A stretch of DNA of 63,989 bases, the filler included, from Barthelona sp. PAP020 (lineage: Eukaryota), in the NCBI GenBank assembly GCA_040182905.1. It is 13 parts of 13 records of this genome, joined end to end, with 100 filler letters (N's around TTAATTAATTAA, not from the genome) between each part and the next. Parts side by side here need not be neighbours in the genome. Positions count along the whole stretch, not along the records: positions 1 to 5,098 come from JARQWU010000627.1; positions 5,199 to 10,287 come from JARQWU010000628.1; positions 10,388 to 15,472 come from JARQWU010000629.1; 10 more parts are not named here. One strand, given 5' to 3'. The first letter of the stretch is position 1. Each line of letters opens with the position of its first letter. The notes under the pieces were generated by a model. That model did no database searches and was not told the DNA's origin. It saw only the letters and a list, made by a program, of their open reading frames with translations. The position numbers were made by a program, and so were the translations under genes. This document shows, piece after piece, positions 1-10,663 of the stretch.

Positions 1-114
1 CCTAGCTTTTCCCCCATATCCAGTAACTTCATCGTATGAAAATTCAACACCTGGAAAATCAGCAACTTCCTTTGCCCATTCAAGAAACTCCAAATATTTT
101 AGTTCAGTGGTCAT
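1..114 (-). CDS. 5' fragment of a probable SET-domain (LSMT/SETD3-like) methyltransferase; runs off the window edge
   Basis: ATG at 114 gives MTTELKYLEFLEWAKEVADFPGVEFSYDEVTGYGGKAR, with the FxxW...GYG pattern of LSMT-type SET N-termini. Only 38 codons are visible. Confidence 0.35.
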   Translation of the reverse strand, partial: MTTELKYLEFLEWAKEVADFPGVEFSYDEVTGYGGKAR

Positions 115-249
115 ATTTAAGAGAAAATATTTGAAAAAAAAAGTAAGAAAATGTTTGGGCATTGTTTTTGCATTCATTTATCGACAATAAGAAGAAAACG
201 TTTAAAGTTTACAATATTAACATATAAAAAAAAAACGGACACCTCCTCC

Positions 250-1050
250 TTATATAAGATCATTGAAGGTGGATTGAAAAGTTTGAAGAACACTTTGATT
301 TTTTGTTGTGTCATAAATAGCAAACACAATTTTTTCAAAATATCCCATGAAATTTTTTTGAATTACTTCTTTAAACGATCTTGCAACCATTTCAGGAGGG
401 TTTCGAAAAACTCCACATCCATATGCACCAAGAATAACTATTTTATGTTGTTTAAGGGCAGCAACAGTTAAAATATTATTCATTCTCTCTTTCATTGTCA
501 TTTCAATTTTTTCGATGTCTTGGGGGCGATTTTTTTCAATGGCACCATAATTTGGAGCAGGAGCAGTAATAAATGAGACTTTGTAAGGATTTTCTAAAAA
601 TTCACCACTGTCTTTGCGAAAAACTATAGTATCAGGTGAATATATCAAACGATGAGTATATAAAGGGTTTCTTAACATTTTATGTTGCTCATAATATTCT
701 GGTTTGGTCAATAAACTGGAATATAATGCTGAAGAACGAGCTAAAGTTTCTTCTTGTGATTGACTACCTCCCAAAAAACCACCACCTGGGTTTTTAGCGC
801 TTGCAAAATTTAAAACAGCACTACCTGGATACATTTCTGAAGCTTCCAAAGTCGAACAAGAAATTACTTCAAAATTGGTTGTTTTTTGAGGAAGGGGCAG
901 TTCTAAATGTTGAAAATCGTCAGGCATAAATAGAATAGTGTTTTCATTTGTGTAATTGATATCGGATTCGATATTGATACCATTGTACTCTTTTCGTTCT
1001 AAAATTTGCAAAGTTGTTTCAGCAATTTGTTTTCTTTTTTGTCTATTCAT
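250..1050 (-). CDS. Microbial-type poly(ADP-ribose) glycohydrolase (TIGR02452/DUF2263 macrodomain)
   Basis: 266 aa. VLNFASAKNPGGGFLGGSQSQEETLARSS contains the PARG GGG-x6-QEE signature; LGAYGCGVFRNPP is also present. Confidence 0.9.
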   Translation of the reverse strand: MNRQKRKQIAETTLQILERKEYNGINIESDINYTNENTILFMPDDFQHLELPLPQKTTNFEVISCSTLEASEMYPGSAVLNFASAKNPGGGFLGGSQSQEETLARSSALYSSLLTKPEYYEQHKMLRNPLYTHRLIYSPDTIVFRKDSGEFLENPYKVSFITAPAPNYGAIEKNRPQDIEKIEMTMKERMNNILTVAALKQHKIVILGAYGCGVFRNPPEMVARSFKEVIQKNFMGYFEKIVFAIYDTTKNQSVLQTFQSTFNDLI

Positions 1051-1213
1051 AAGAAAAAGAATGTATTTGAATTAATTTGCAAAAGAATCAAACTCCAATT
1101 TATTTTTTAGCACTTATCAATTTGTTATTCCACATATTATTTCACCATGACTAGCCTAAATTGTGGTTTTGTTCAATCAAAAAACATTTCTCTTTATCAT
1201 TTTTTTTTTTAGC

Positions 1214-2794
1214 ATGCAATTTTTAGCTCACTGCGAAAACGGCATTGTCAAATGTTCTTTTGATAATGAATTAAGAACTGAACCTTTTTTAAGTACAACG
1301 AAACCATTTAATACCACAATTATAGAATATTCTCAAAAAGGAAACAGGGTTGCAATCATTCAAAATGAGGGCATTCACGTTTACGATTGCGAAAGTGAAG
1401 AATTACTCCATATTTTTCAATTTGAAAAGGTAAAACGTGTTTCATTGAGTTATAATGGTTTATTTTTGATTATTTATCAAAGAAATGTGGAAAATAATCT
1501 TAAAGTTATCAATGTTGATACATTAGAAGTTGTTTTTGAATGTGCCACACTTATGAATGATGAATTATGGTGTCCCATTCATTTTAACAATGAAGAAACT
1601 CTTATGTTCTTTTTTAACAATTCAATTTTAAGCGTTTATACAATTATTAGTATGGATTTGGTTCGTGAGTTTAGTTTGGTTGAAGTTCAAAATGTAACAT
1701 TCAGTTTGGATTCGAAAAATTGCAAAATGTTAGTTGTGACATTTATACCCCATTGTTCTAAATTGGCTCGCAAAGCTTCTACAATAATTTATGAATTTGA
1801 TGAAAATTCATTTGAATTTTCTGAAGTTGGTCGTTGTTTGCTTCATTCTAGCATATCTTTAAAGGTAAAATGGGCAAAATTTGCTGAAACCTTTGTTGGT
1901 GTTTTATTGACTCATTCTGATGCTGAAAAAGGATATTCTACTTCACATTTTGGTCGTGTTATGACTTGGGGTTTTAGAAAACGCACTAATGACATTTCTT
2001 TTCATCGCTTAGGATCACAATCTGAGCAAATTTATGACAGTGAGGTGAATTATGCGGGTGATATGTTTTGTACCATTTCTGGAAGTACTCCACCAACCAT
2101 ACAAATATATGACAGATATTTTAACGAAATAAAAAAACTTCAAAACATGGTATCTCACATCTATTTTTCTCCAAATGGTCAGTTTTTGGTTTTAGCAGCA
2201 TTTAAAGCAATGGATGGAAAGGTTTTAGTATATGATACTGATGAATTTAAAAGAAAAAGTCATTTTCTTTGTGAAAATGGCTGTTTTTTGCATTTCTTTG
2301 GACCAAGCACTATATTGGTTGGTATCACTTCTCCAATGCTAAGAGTTGATAATCATTTTACATTGATGAACTTAAATGGTAAAATTATTGAAGCTAGGAC
2401 TCCTAAGACATTGGATATGGGAAAATTGTTGTGGAATGTTTTTGTTCAACCAAAAACTTTTGACACAGAATTAGTTGATTTTATGTTTGATCAGAAATCT
2501 GAACCAAAAAAAGTTGCAGCATTTAAAGCCGCTGGTAGTGTCAGAAGAATTCCAGGATTAACTGTTTCTGTTGACAAACAAGAAAAAGTTGAATATCAGA
2601 CAAATTCGGAAAGTGACACCCAGAAAAAAAAACTCAAAAAAGAAATTCAAAAAGTTAAGAAAAAATTAAATGAAATCAACAGATTGGAAGAAAACAAAGC
2701 AAATCTTGATGCTGCTCAAAGAAAAAAGTTGCAAAACAAAAGAAAATTTTTGAACCAGATCGAACAATTGCAAGCGGATTATGATAAATTGTGA
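1214..2794 (+). CDS. EIF2A: Translation initiation factor eIF2A (WD40 beta-propeller plus C-terminal coiled coil)
   Basis: Motifs FSPNG and TSPMLRVDN, and C-terminal KKKLNEINRLE...Q..KL. The first ATG follows a T-tract at 1214 (the ORF track starts at GTG 1163). Confidence 0.8.
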   Translation: MQFLAHCENGIVKCSFDNELRTEPFLSTTKPFNTTIIEYSQKGNRVAIIQNEGIHVYDCESEELLHIFQFEKVKRVSLSYNGLFLIIYQRNVENNLKVINVDTLEVVFECATLMNDELWCPIHFNNEETLMFFFNNSILSVYTIISMDLVREFSLVEVQNVTFSLDSKNCKMLVVTFIPHCSKLARKASTIIYEFDENSFEFSEVGRCLLHSSISLKVKWAKFAETFVGVLLTHSDAEKGYSTSHFGRVMTWGFRKRTNDISFHRLGSQSEQIYDSEVNYAGDMFCTISGSTPPTIQIYDRYFNEIKKLQNMVSHIYFSPNGQFLVLAAFKAMDGKVLVYDTDEFKRKSHFLCENGCFLHFFGPSTILVGITSPMLRVDNHFTLMNLNGKIIEARTPKTLDMGKLLWNVFVQPKTFDTELVDFMFDQKSEPKKVAAFKAAGSVRRIPGLTVSVDKQEKVEYQTNSESDTQKKKLKKEIQKVKKKLNEINRLEENKANLDAAQRKKLQNKRKFLNQIEQLQADYDKL

Positions 2795-2972
2795 CCTAAT
2801 TGTTTATTATCTCTTTAAGACTTTTATGTGGTTTTTCCACATGTAAAACTCTTTTCTTTTGGCTGACTATGAAAAGAACTGCTGTTAACGATTGTAAAAT
2901 TGTGCAAACATTGTTCAATCATTTAAAAAATAACACACAATCAATTTATAAATAAAAATAATAATAAAGTGT

Positions 2973-3995
2973 CTATAACTCTCCTAAACTTCCACTTGTA
3001 AATATTTTAGGTTGTTTTCCAAATCTTCCGAGCTCTAAAGTAACAGGAGCAATCTTCGAAGACATTTGAATCCTTTTTTTAATTCTATTTCTGGATTTCA
3101 TTCGTTGATATTTTTTACGAGGCTTTATGCTTGCTACCAAGCTGTTTGTTTTCTTTTCAGAATACTTAATTTTTCCACCCTCTGGTCTTAACACACTGCA
3201 ATCAGATTTTTCTGAATTTAACATAACATTTCCAGTAAAAGTTCGAGGATTAGCACGTAAAAATACGGTTCCTTCGTCACTATGAGCCACAACTTCTTTT
3301 GTTTCATCTGGGACTTCAACAAATATTGAACCTTTTTGAGAATTGATATGAATTGAATGGTTGTTTGAAGATGATTCTGGTGGTGGTGTTATGCCTACTA
3401 AAGAAATTATTCCACTGCGGGTTTCTAAATTAACATTTGAAATTTCAGATTGTCTCATGCTAATAAGCAAATTATCTCCTTTAACTGTAAATTCCTTCAG
3501 TTTACTCATGATAATGTCATCAACCAACAACCTTCCTTCCTTTAATTCAATGTAAAAATTCTCCATTAAATTATCAAATGGTATCTCTATTTTTACATGA
3601 GGAGTACATGGAGCAACTTTAATAGGAGGTTGTTCCAAAGTGAAACTTTTTTCATCTGGATTTAATTCTTTGAGTGGTTTCCCGAAAATTGGTGCAGAAT
3701 AACTGATCATTATTCTTTTTTCATTTGAAGGAACAATTTCAACCAAAGCTTTTTGCAAAATGAGAGTTAAAGTTAAAAGATTTCCCACTTTGTAACTGAC
3801 ACTTTGAGAATTATTTTCTGAACATTGGTCATAACAAGTTGTTACCACACGACTTATCAGCCCAAGTAAAATTGCAAGCAGTAAAATACCTGTGAAAACC
3901 AATTTACCTGGTGTTGGTCTGATCATTGCTCTGAACTTTTTTTGGAACCAAGAATTGTCAGAATGTAAACAACCTTGATGCATGTGCAATAACAA
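2973..3995 (-). CDS. Hypothetical membrane-anchored protein, possible DUF4097/adhesin-like beta-solenoid
   Basis: ~340-aa ORF with one N-terminal TM segment (LVFTGILLLAILLGLI) and repeated T/S-x-x-G-x-I motifs. Start codon uncertain. Confidence 0.45.
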   Translation of the reverse strand: MLLHMHQGCLHSDNSWFQKKFRAMIRPTPGKLVFTGILLLAILLGLISRVVTTCYDQCSENNSQSVSYKVGNLLTLTLILQKALVEIVPSNEKRIMISYSAPIFGKPLKELNPDEKSFTLEQPPIKVAPCTPHVKIEIPFDNLMENFYIELKEGRLLVDDIIMSKLKEFTVKGDNLLISMRQSEISNVNLETRSGIISLVGITPPPESSSNNHSIHINSQKGSIFVEVPDETKEVVAHSDEGTVFLRANPRTFTGNVMLNSEKSDCSVLRPEGGKIKYSEKKTNSLVASIKPRKKYQRMKSRNRIKKRIQMSSKIAPVTLELGRFGKQPKIFTSGSLGEL

Positions 3996-5098
3996 AATAT
4001 TATAAATAAGAAAGACTTGGAACTTTTTTTTCGTTAGTATTTAAGGTTGGTAGCAAATGAAAAATTGGTTGATTTTTCACCAAAAGATTCAATGCTAAAT
4101 TTGAGTATGATGAATTGTTAATGAAATGAGGTAAACGCATAATAATATCTGTTGACATGTTGAGAATTTGTTAAAATTTTCTTTTTTTAATGAACTGAAA
4201 ATGATACATTAATAAACAAAATTTGTTGATTAAATTATGATTATATAAAAAACAGTCTTTAAAAGAGAAAAAAAAAATTTATTGATTGCAAAATAGCAAT
4301 TTAGTCAATCCAAATTTGATGTTTTCACTCATTTAAGTGAGAAACCAATGTATAAATTCCTCTAACTAATTCTTTATCATGAAAATTTGAAGAAATTTGC
4401 TTTCATAAGAGCAAACATTGAATTGCTAGCGTTCTTAACTTTTCTTTTTTACTAAATTTGAAAACGAACACACTTTCCTGACTGAAAAGAATTTTTTTTT
4501 TTTCATTGGAAATGTTGAAAAATAATTTGAATAAGAAATGATTCAGTTGAACAGTGACAAAAAGAAAAAAATTCTCAAACTATTTTATCATTTTTTGACT
4601 TCTAAGGACTTGATACTGCTCAAATTTCCTGATTTAAAAGTTTTTTGAAAAAACTTCGGATAAACCAACTCTTTTTGGTTATTTTTTAATTAAAAAAAAA
4701 GAGGAAATAATAATTTCAGATTACATATCAAACCAACACATTGAATCACATACAACTAGTTGATAAGAGGTGTCACAGATTTGATATGAAATTAAAAAAA
4801 AAAAGAAAATAAAAAGATTACATTTGACCAAATAAAACTGTTTGATGAAGTGTTTGAACAAGAAATACTTCAATAAAAGTGTGATGAGTACATGAAGAAA
4901 ATCTCGAAATTTTGGTTTGAAAGTATCCTTCAAATTTATGAAAAGATAAAAATGCAGGACAAAAAACCATAAAAAACCCTTAGTACCACAATCATTGAGA
5001 CTTAAACCGCAAGAGGATCAATGGGATGAATTAATGAAGTAAAAATTGTTTTTTGAGGAAATTCAGTGTACATTCTGACAGAATCTTCACTCACATGC

Positions 5099-5198
5099 NN
5101 NNNNNNNNNNNNNNNNNNNNNNNNNNNNNNNNNNNNNNNNNNTTAATTAATTAANNNNNNNNNNNNNNNNNNNNNNNNNNNNNNNNNNNNNNNNNNNN
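5099..5198. other. Artificial contig-joining spacer (44N-TTAATTAATTAA-44N). Identical spacers lie at 10288-10387, 15473-15572, 20628-20727, 25764-25863, 30884-30983, 35982-36081, 41055-41154, 46123-46222, 51170-51269, 56208-56307 and 61241-61340
   Basis: Twelve identical 100-bp N blocks with a six-frame stop linker. The contigs between them decrease monotonically in length (5089 to 4933 bp). Confidence 0.99.
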
Positions 5199-5422
5199 CA
5201 ATTCCCCCCTGGGATTTTGACTGAAATCTGGCAGAATGTATTTTCTAAGTTTACTTTCTTTGTAAATAAATATAGTTGTTTCACAACTGGACCAAAATAA
5301 ACACTATTCTTTCTTATTCACTCATACGCACAGTGCTTCTTGGCTTGGAAATAATTGGTCAAACTTCTTATTTCACTTATATTTGCAGTGCTTCTTAACC
5401 AGGAAATAAAAAGGTTTATATT
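5199..5422 (+). repeat. Dispersed repeat family copy: module A (5199-5295), module B (5293-5361) and a degenerate second B (~5386-5422)
   Basis: A = GGGATTTTGACTGAAAT...TTTGTAAATAAATATAGTTGTTTCACAACTGGACCAA. B = AAATAAACACTATTCT...TTCACTCATACGCACAGTGCTTCTTGG..GGAAATAA. Both recur elsewhere in the window. Confidence 0.9.
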
Positions 5423-5903
5423 TAAGTTTTTATTACTATGGAGAGTACTTTTTGGTTGGAAATGAGAATAAATTCTTCAATTTGTTTTAATTTTAATATT
5501 TAATATTTTATTTTATTTTATTTTCTTTTTCAAAGAACATTTGCTAAAAAATGATTATTCCTTGACTGACACAAAACATTTTGTTGCATCTTGCAAAAAA
5601 AGAAGTTCTTAAATGTGAAATCAATAATTAAAAAGATCAAAAACAAATGCAATTATTGTCAAAATTCTCTTTCCCTACCCAAATCTGCTATTTTTCCTTT
5701 CCTTTTCAAAAAACAAACAAGCAAAAAACTTTTTTTTACACAAAATAATGAAATATCCACATTAGAAATTCCCAAATCCTGTTGACTCTGTAAATTTACA
5801 ACCACGCCTCTCCTTCCAGATCATTAAAATCTGAAACATTCCTTGAAATTGAATAGAAGAATATCCAACTTCCAACTTTTCCTTGAAGCACAAAGAAATT
5901 GAT

Positions 5904-7418
5904 TCAGCATTCTTCCTGCAGAATATAATGGATATCCTTTTTGATTGCCGAAATTGTATCCAACAAAAAACAATACCGTATTTCATCAGTTTCTTTAGTT
6001 TCTAACAACAAGGCATTTAATCTATCGACAAATTTAACTGAAGTATCGAATAATTTCTTAAATTCTAACTGACTATTATTAAATGAAGCCATATTGAAAT
6101 AATTTCCTAAAGGTTGAGGTTTTTTGAGTAACTTTTGTTTATAAACATAATTAAAAATCAAATGAGACAACCCTTTCAGGTTTGAGTCCTTGTAAGTTGA
6201 GAAAAATTTCAAAATATCAAGATTTTTTAGTGCAATAAATGATTGATACTGAGAAAAATCACGGTATAATAATAAATCAAAATTTGGTGGAGAAGTTTGT
6301 AATTCAACCCCATTAAAACAAAAATTATTTTCACCATTGATTTCTTTATAGAAATCTTCTAATTGGATGTTTAAATTATCTTCATTATCAAGCAAAAACC
6401 TTAAAGAACTGCTATAATAATGAAAAATTTGTTTATTTCTATTTAACAATTTTTTTAATCGCTTTATCTTGTTAAATGAAGGTTTTAATAATTCTTGTTG
6501 TAACTTTATCTCATTGATTTGTTCTTTTAATTGGTAACAATAGTATTTAGGTGATATATCATTAAAATCATGAATATTTGAACGTTTCAATTGTTTTCTA
6601 AATTTTTCACATTCAATGAACAATTTTAATTGTAAATTTCGACCATATTTCAAACGTTCTGTCAAAGAACTAAAATCAAATGGCTGGTCAACATAACCAT
6701 TATTGTTTTCTACAGCCAAAAACCCCAATTTTTTCATTATATTATCAAAATCTACATTAACATTTGATAATTGCTTATTTACTGGTTCAAAACAATTGTA
6801 AAAAACTTTTTTCAATTGATAAATATTCTCAACTTTTAACAACTCAACTGATGTAACAGTTTCATTGTTCAAAAACATTTTCATCAAATTTTCATGAAAT
6901 TGACAGAATTCTGGATATTCAAAAGCAGTTTTAGTCTCAAAAGAAATAAATTCTTTTATGCTATTGATTTCATCAATCAACTCTTTGTTCTTTGCTTTCA
7001 ATTCAAAAAGAATCCTCTCGTGTTTCTGAAATAACACATCTTGAATAATTTTGTAATCTATTTCAGGAAAATTAGGTGAATAATCATAATGTCCTTCAGA
7101 AATATTGTTCAATAATTCATATTGTTGGCAAATCTTTGTTTGAATGTTGTTGTGTTTCTTGTTTAATATTTTTAATCGTTCTTTTAAAGCTTTAATTTCA
7201 TCTTGTTTCTTCATAAGTCGATGTAAATGAATATTTCTCTTTTGAAAAGAAATATTTGTGGGATTCTTCACATAATACAACAAAAAATGTATTATTGATT
7301 TCATGTTATTCATATATAGAGGTTTTATATCATTCATTTTAATGTTTGATAACCCCAATTCATCATCAATCCATTGAGAAAATTTTTGTAAAACTGAAAT
7401 ATTCATATTCATATTCAT
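5904..7418 (-). CDS. HAUS5: Probable augmin/HAUS complex subunit 5-like coiled-coil protein
   Basis: The N-terminus SQWIDDELG...MKSIIHFLLYYVKN...KRNI resembles the HAUS5 N-terminal W..EE.G...IW.F.L..V...R.N pattern. The remainder is coiled-coil. Confidence 0.5.
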   Translation of the reverse strand: MNMNMNISVLQKFSQWIDDELGLSNIKMNDIKPLYMNNMKSIIHFLLYYVKNPTNISFQKRNIHLHRLMKKQDEIKALKERLKILNKKHNNIQTKICQQYELLNNISEGHYDYSPNFPEIDYKIIQDVLFQKHERILFELKAKNKELIDEINSIKEFISFETKTAFEYPEFCQFHENLMKMFLNNETVTSVELLKVENIYQLKKVFYNCFEPVNKQLSNVNVDFDNIMKKLGFLAVENNNGYVDQPFDFSSLTERLKYGRNLQLKLFIECEKFRKQLKRSNIHDFNDISPKYYCYQLKEQINEIKLQQELLKPSFNKIKRLKKLLNRNKQIFHYYSSSLRFLLDNEDNLNIQLEDFYKEINGENNFCFNGVELQTSPPNFDLLLYRDFSQYQSFIALKNLDILKFFSTYKDSNLKGLSHLIFNYVYKQKLLKKPQPLGNYFNMASFNNSQLEFKKLFDTSVKFVDRLNALLLETKETDEIRYCFLLDTISAIKKDIHYILQEEC

Positions 7419-7515
7419 TTTGGCCAGTGTTCAAGGTTCAATCATACCAAAAACCAAAATCTTGAAATAAAAACAAAAAATGTGAAAAAAAAAAAAATTC
7501 CATTCTCATTAATTT

Positions 7516-8253
7516 ATGGATAAAATCGATATCATTTCTGTTGCAGGTCTTCGAGTGTTGTGTGATTCTGAAAATATTCCTTTTACGTACGATTTTGTGT
7601 TTAAAAATCTTCCATTTTTAAAAAAGCAATCTGGTCTTGTTCGAAATGCTCTCAACTACTATATCAGATCTCATATTACTGGTGATGTGTCAGGATTCTT
7701 ATCTGATACAAATGTGATAGAATATGTTACACTTTTAAATCAATTCTTTTCAAGTGGAGAGTATCTTTTGAGTTTTTGTCACAATCAATTCATGGGTTTC
7801 GTTGTGTCTAAATTGATGAATTCAGATGGTCGATTGGATGCTTCTGGAGTTGATCGTTTGGTATTTGAAATGACAAAGATCCATGTTGGTTCACTCAATG
7901 CCCTTCAAATTATAAATGTTTATGATACAGAAGGAAGTGGTACATTATCTAGAGACGATGTTGAATTGATGTTCAGTGATTTTGCTACGCAAATAATGAA
8001 TTAAGCATGTTTTTTCTGTAAATATTTTGTAATGTGGTTTGAATTTGTTTTTTTTTTCCGCAATGGTACTGGTTTGAGAGAAATTTTTTTTCACTTCATT
8101 CAAGTGAACTTGCCAATTTTGAAAGATGTCATTCGCTGTGCCCCTAAAACTATTGGGTCCGGAAAAAAGGATTCTTCAATTGAAAAAGAAATATTTCCAA
8201 TTGTTTCAAAAATATATTCCTTCTTGTTCAAAAGAAGTCAAAAAGTTATTTGA
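7516..8253 (+). pseudogene. PP2A B''-gamma (PPP2R3C/TON2-like) EF-hand protein, interrupted by an in-frame TAA at 8002-8004 and short; may instead be a 162-aa gene ending at 8004
   Basis: SKLMNSDGRL...VYDTEGSGTLSRDDVE resembles PPP2R3C KLL..DSYGRI...LYD..GQGYLRESDLE. ORFs 7516-8004 and 8032-8253 share a frame with one stop between them. Confidence 0.4.
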
Positions 8254-8276
8254 AAAAAAAAAAGATAATAAAATCT

Positions 8277-10004
8277 TTATTTTTGATTTAATTCAAGCAA
8301 ATCTGTCAAGAAATTCTTTGAATTTATAATATTTGTCACCCCAAAAATGACATCACTATTAAAATATTCTTCCAATTCTTTTTTTGAATCATAAATTTCA
8401 TTCATTGTTAATCCACCATTGAAGAACAACATTACATTCGAATACTTCATATTTTCATACATTGGAACATCATTGACATGAACAGGATCATAACCGACAT
8501 TCGGATCAAAGTATAAAGTGTTATCTTTGTTTAAAGATATGATAAATTTAGCCAAAGAATTACCCTTTTGTTGCACCAATTTAGAAACCATTTTTGTAGC
8601 AAAACCAAAGAATTTAGCTGATTTTGATTCACTCATAACTTCATCTTCATTAGCACTATTGTTTATAAACAAAGGTAACTTCAATAATCTTTCATATAAA
8701 TCACTAAAATTGTAATTTTTGAAAGTTTCAAAATTTTTTAACTTTTCATTGTTCAAAAATCGTTCAACTTCCATTTTTTTCTTTGTAAAAACAAAAATAG
8801 CGAATAATCGTTGCAAATCTAACAATGTGGGACTGATTTTTTCCTGATTTTTCTCATTTTCATTCATTTCACTGGTAAATTCTTCAACAAAACGATTAAT
8901 AGAAACATTTGCCCCTTCGAGTAAATCTTTTTCCAACTCAAACAATCTGTTCAATCCTCTACTCGTCACTTCATCCAAAATTTTGCACAATAAAGCAGAA
9001 TGAATGTCAATTCCCTTTTTTCTGCTTGTTATTTCCGGTAATTTGTCAACCATTAGACTGATATCACTGGCATTCATTTTATCAATTCCACTAGTTAGAC
9101 TTGATTCTCTTTCATACCATTTAAGATGTTCATCTAATTTATCAGCCACTTCAATGATAGGAAGATTTTTCAAAGATTCCCAAACTGTGCACCAAGGTCT
9201 CAATTCAGCAATTTTTTCATCATATTTTATTCGGTTATTTTGTACATCAAATAACTCAATCAACATCGAATGATAAGTCCAATTATGTGTTAAAGGACCA
9301 GCAATATCAAAGCTACGGTCACACAAAATTAATTTTGGTCTCAACAAAAAAAACTTTTTTTTGTCTGAAACAAGAAATTTAGCTCTCTGCTCTCTTATCC
9401 GCTTACATAACTCTTCAGCAATATTTACATAATTTTCATCATTAATACATTGAATTATCGGTATGGTTCGTAAATCAATAAATAATTGAGTCAAAGAATT
9501 AACAATCGGATTTATTGATTGAGCTAATAATTTCAATGAATGTTCAAAGTCAAACGAATACAAATATGAATCAATACTTTTAAATTTGAAATCATAACTC
9601 TTAATACTTTTAACTAAATGCTGTTTATGCAGTTGACCAACCTTAGTTGCAAAATCTCTGAATATATCAGGTGAAATCGATTCAACAAAAATAATATGAT
9701 AAGAATCATATAACTCTGATCTAATATCTTCGATTAACCTCTGCAAATTTCTTTCATTTGGTCGTATTAAATATATACAAGGAACTATTTCAATTTTCTG
9801 TCTTCTTTCATGCAATCCCATATGCAATGTGATACCTTTTTGTCGTAAATCGGGCACTTGAAACAAATTAGATATCAAATGATAGGAATAATCATCAAGA
9901 ATTAGAATTTTAAATGGGTTATCATATTTTTTCTCCTTATTCGCAGTTGAAATTGTTAAAATCTCATCAAACATATCTCTTTGGATATCAAATATTGAAA
10001 CCAT
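8277..10004 (-). CDS. SLY1: Sec1/Munc18 family protein Sly1
   Basis: FKILILD, DLRQKGITLH, PCIYLIRP..N, RPKLILCDRSFD..GPLTHNWTYHSM, YFDP. Start moved to the ATG at 10004. Confidence 0.9.
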   Translation of the reverse strand: MVSIFDIQRDMFDEILTISTANKEKKYDNPFKILILDDYSYHLISNLFQVPDLRQKGITLHMGLHERRQKIEIVPCIYLIRPNERNLQRLIEDIRSELYDSYHIIFVESISPDIFRDFATKVGQLHKQHLVKSIKSYDFKFKSIDSYLYSFDFEHSLKLLAQSINPIVNSLTQLFIDLRTIPIIQCINDENYVNIAEELCKRIREQRAKFLVSDKKKFFLLRPKLILCDRSFDIAGPLTHNWTYHSMLIELFDVQNNRIKYDEKIAELRPWCTVWESLKNLPIIEVADKLDEHLKWYERESSLTSGIDKMNASDISLMVDKLPEITSRKKGIDIHSALLCKILDEVTSRGLNRLFELEKDLLEGANVSINRFVEEFTSEMNENEKNQEKISPTLLDLQRLFAIFVFTKKKMEVERFLNNEKLKNFETFKNYNFSDLYERLLKLPLFINNSANEDEVMSESKSAKFFGFATKMVSKLVQQKGNSLAKFIISLNKDNTLYFDPNVGYDPVHVNDVPMYENMKYSNVMLFFNGGLTMNEIYDSKKELEEYFNSDVIFGVTNIINSKNFLTDLLELNQK

Positions 10005-10158
10005 TAGTTTTATTTCAATAATAAAAAAAATCCACAAAGAAAAAAAAAAGATAATTTGTTTTTAACCAGTTTTAATGATGCATCATATTTAATAAAATAA
10101 AAAGAATAATTAAAGACAAACTAAATAATGTAAAAAAAAATAACATACATTTTATGAA

Positions 10159-10287
10159 TTAATTAGTTATGGTGATACCTGGAATAGCAGAATAAATGAT
10201 TTCAACACCATCTCTTGTCAATCTTGTTCCTTTGATATTTAATTTCTGAAGCTGATTATCCTCGATGCTGGCCAATTGAATGGCGGT
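10159..10287 (-). CDS. 3' fragment of a leucine-rich-repeat protein (5' end off contig)
   Basis: TAIQLASIEDNQLQKLNIKGTRLTRDGVEIIYSAIPGITITN*, with an LxxLxIxxxxLTxxG LRR pattern. Confidence 0.5.
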   Translation of the reverse strand, partial: TAIQLASIEDNQLQKLNIKGTRLTRDGVEIIYSAIPGITITN

Positions 10288-10387
10288 NNNNNNNNNNNNN
10301 NNNNNNNNNNNNNNNNNNNNNNNNNNNNNNNTTAATTAATTAANNNNNNNNNNNNNNNNNNNNNNNNNNNNNNNNNNNNNNNNNNNN

Positions 10388-10491
10388 GATGGAAAACATC
10401 AGGGATTTGGAAAAGGAAACACAAGAATATCTGAGTAATTTGATGCATCAAAATGATGATGTATAAGAATAGTTGAATTTCAGTGGTTTTT
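10388..10491 (+). repeat. 104-bp overlap identical to 25660-25763 (3' end of the PITP gene)
   Basis: The start of contig 3 exactly matches the end of contig 5. Confidence 0.95.
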
Positions 10492-10663
10492 TTCTTTTTT
10501 GATATTGTTTGGTTGATATCTTTTTCGTTGATTGTAAATATTAAGTTTGTTTTTATTACTTTTTCTTTTGAAGTAACAACATTTGATTATTTTCAGATGA
10601 ATGATATCAAAATATTTTTAATGTCAAAAATAAAATAATTTTTGTTCAAATAATCTTTCATGA

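Noticed and set aside
1147..1212. Possible first exon (ATG 1147) and intron ending TTTTAG before eIF2A
   Set aside because: No GT donor (1163, 1166, 1171) gives the correct frame and there is no CTAAC. The ATG at 1214 suffices.
4000..4158. Minus-strand 52-codon ORF containing TACTAAC...AG upstream of the 2973-3995 gene
   Set aside because: I found no splice that joins it to the main ORF; stops intervene.
8002..8004. Alternative genetic code (TAA/TAG = Gln) as an explanation for the in-frame stop
   Set aside because: Long conserved ORFs (IFT172, IleRS, NOG1) contain no in-frame TAR, and most genes end in TAA.
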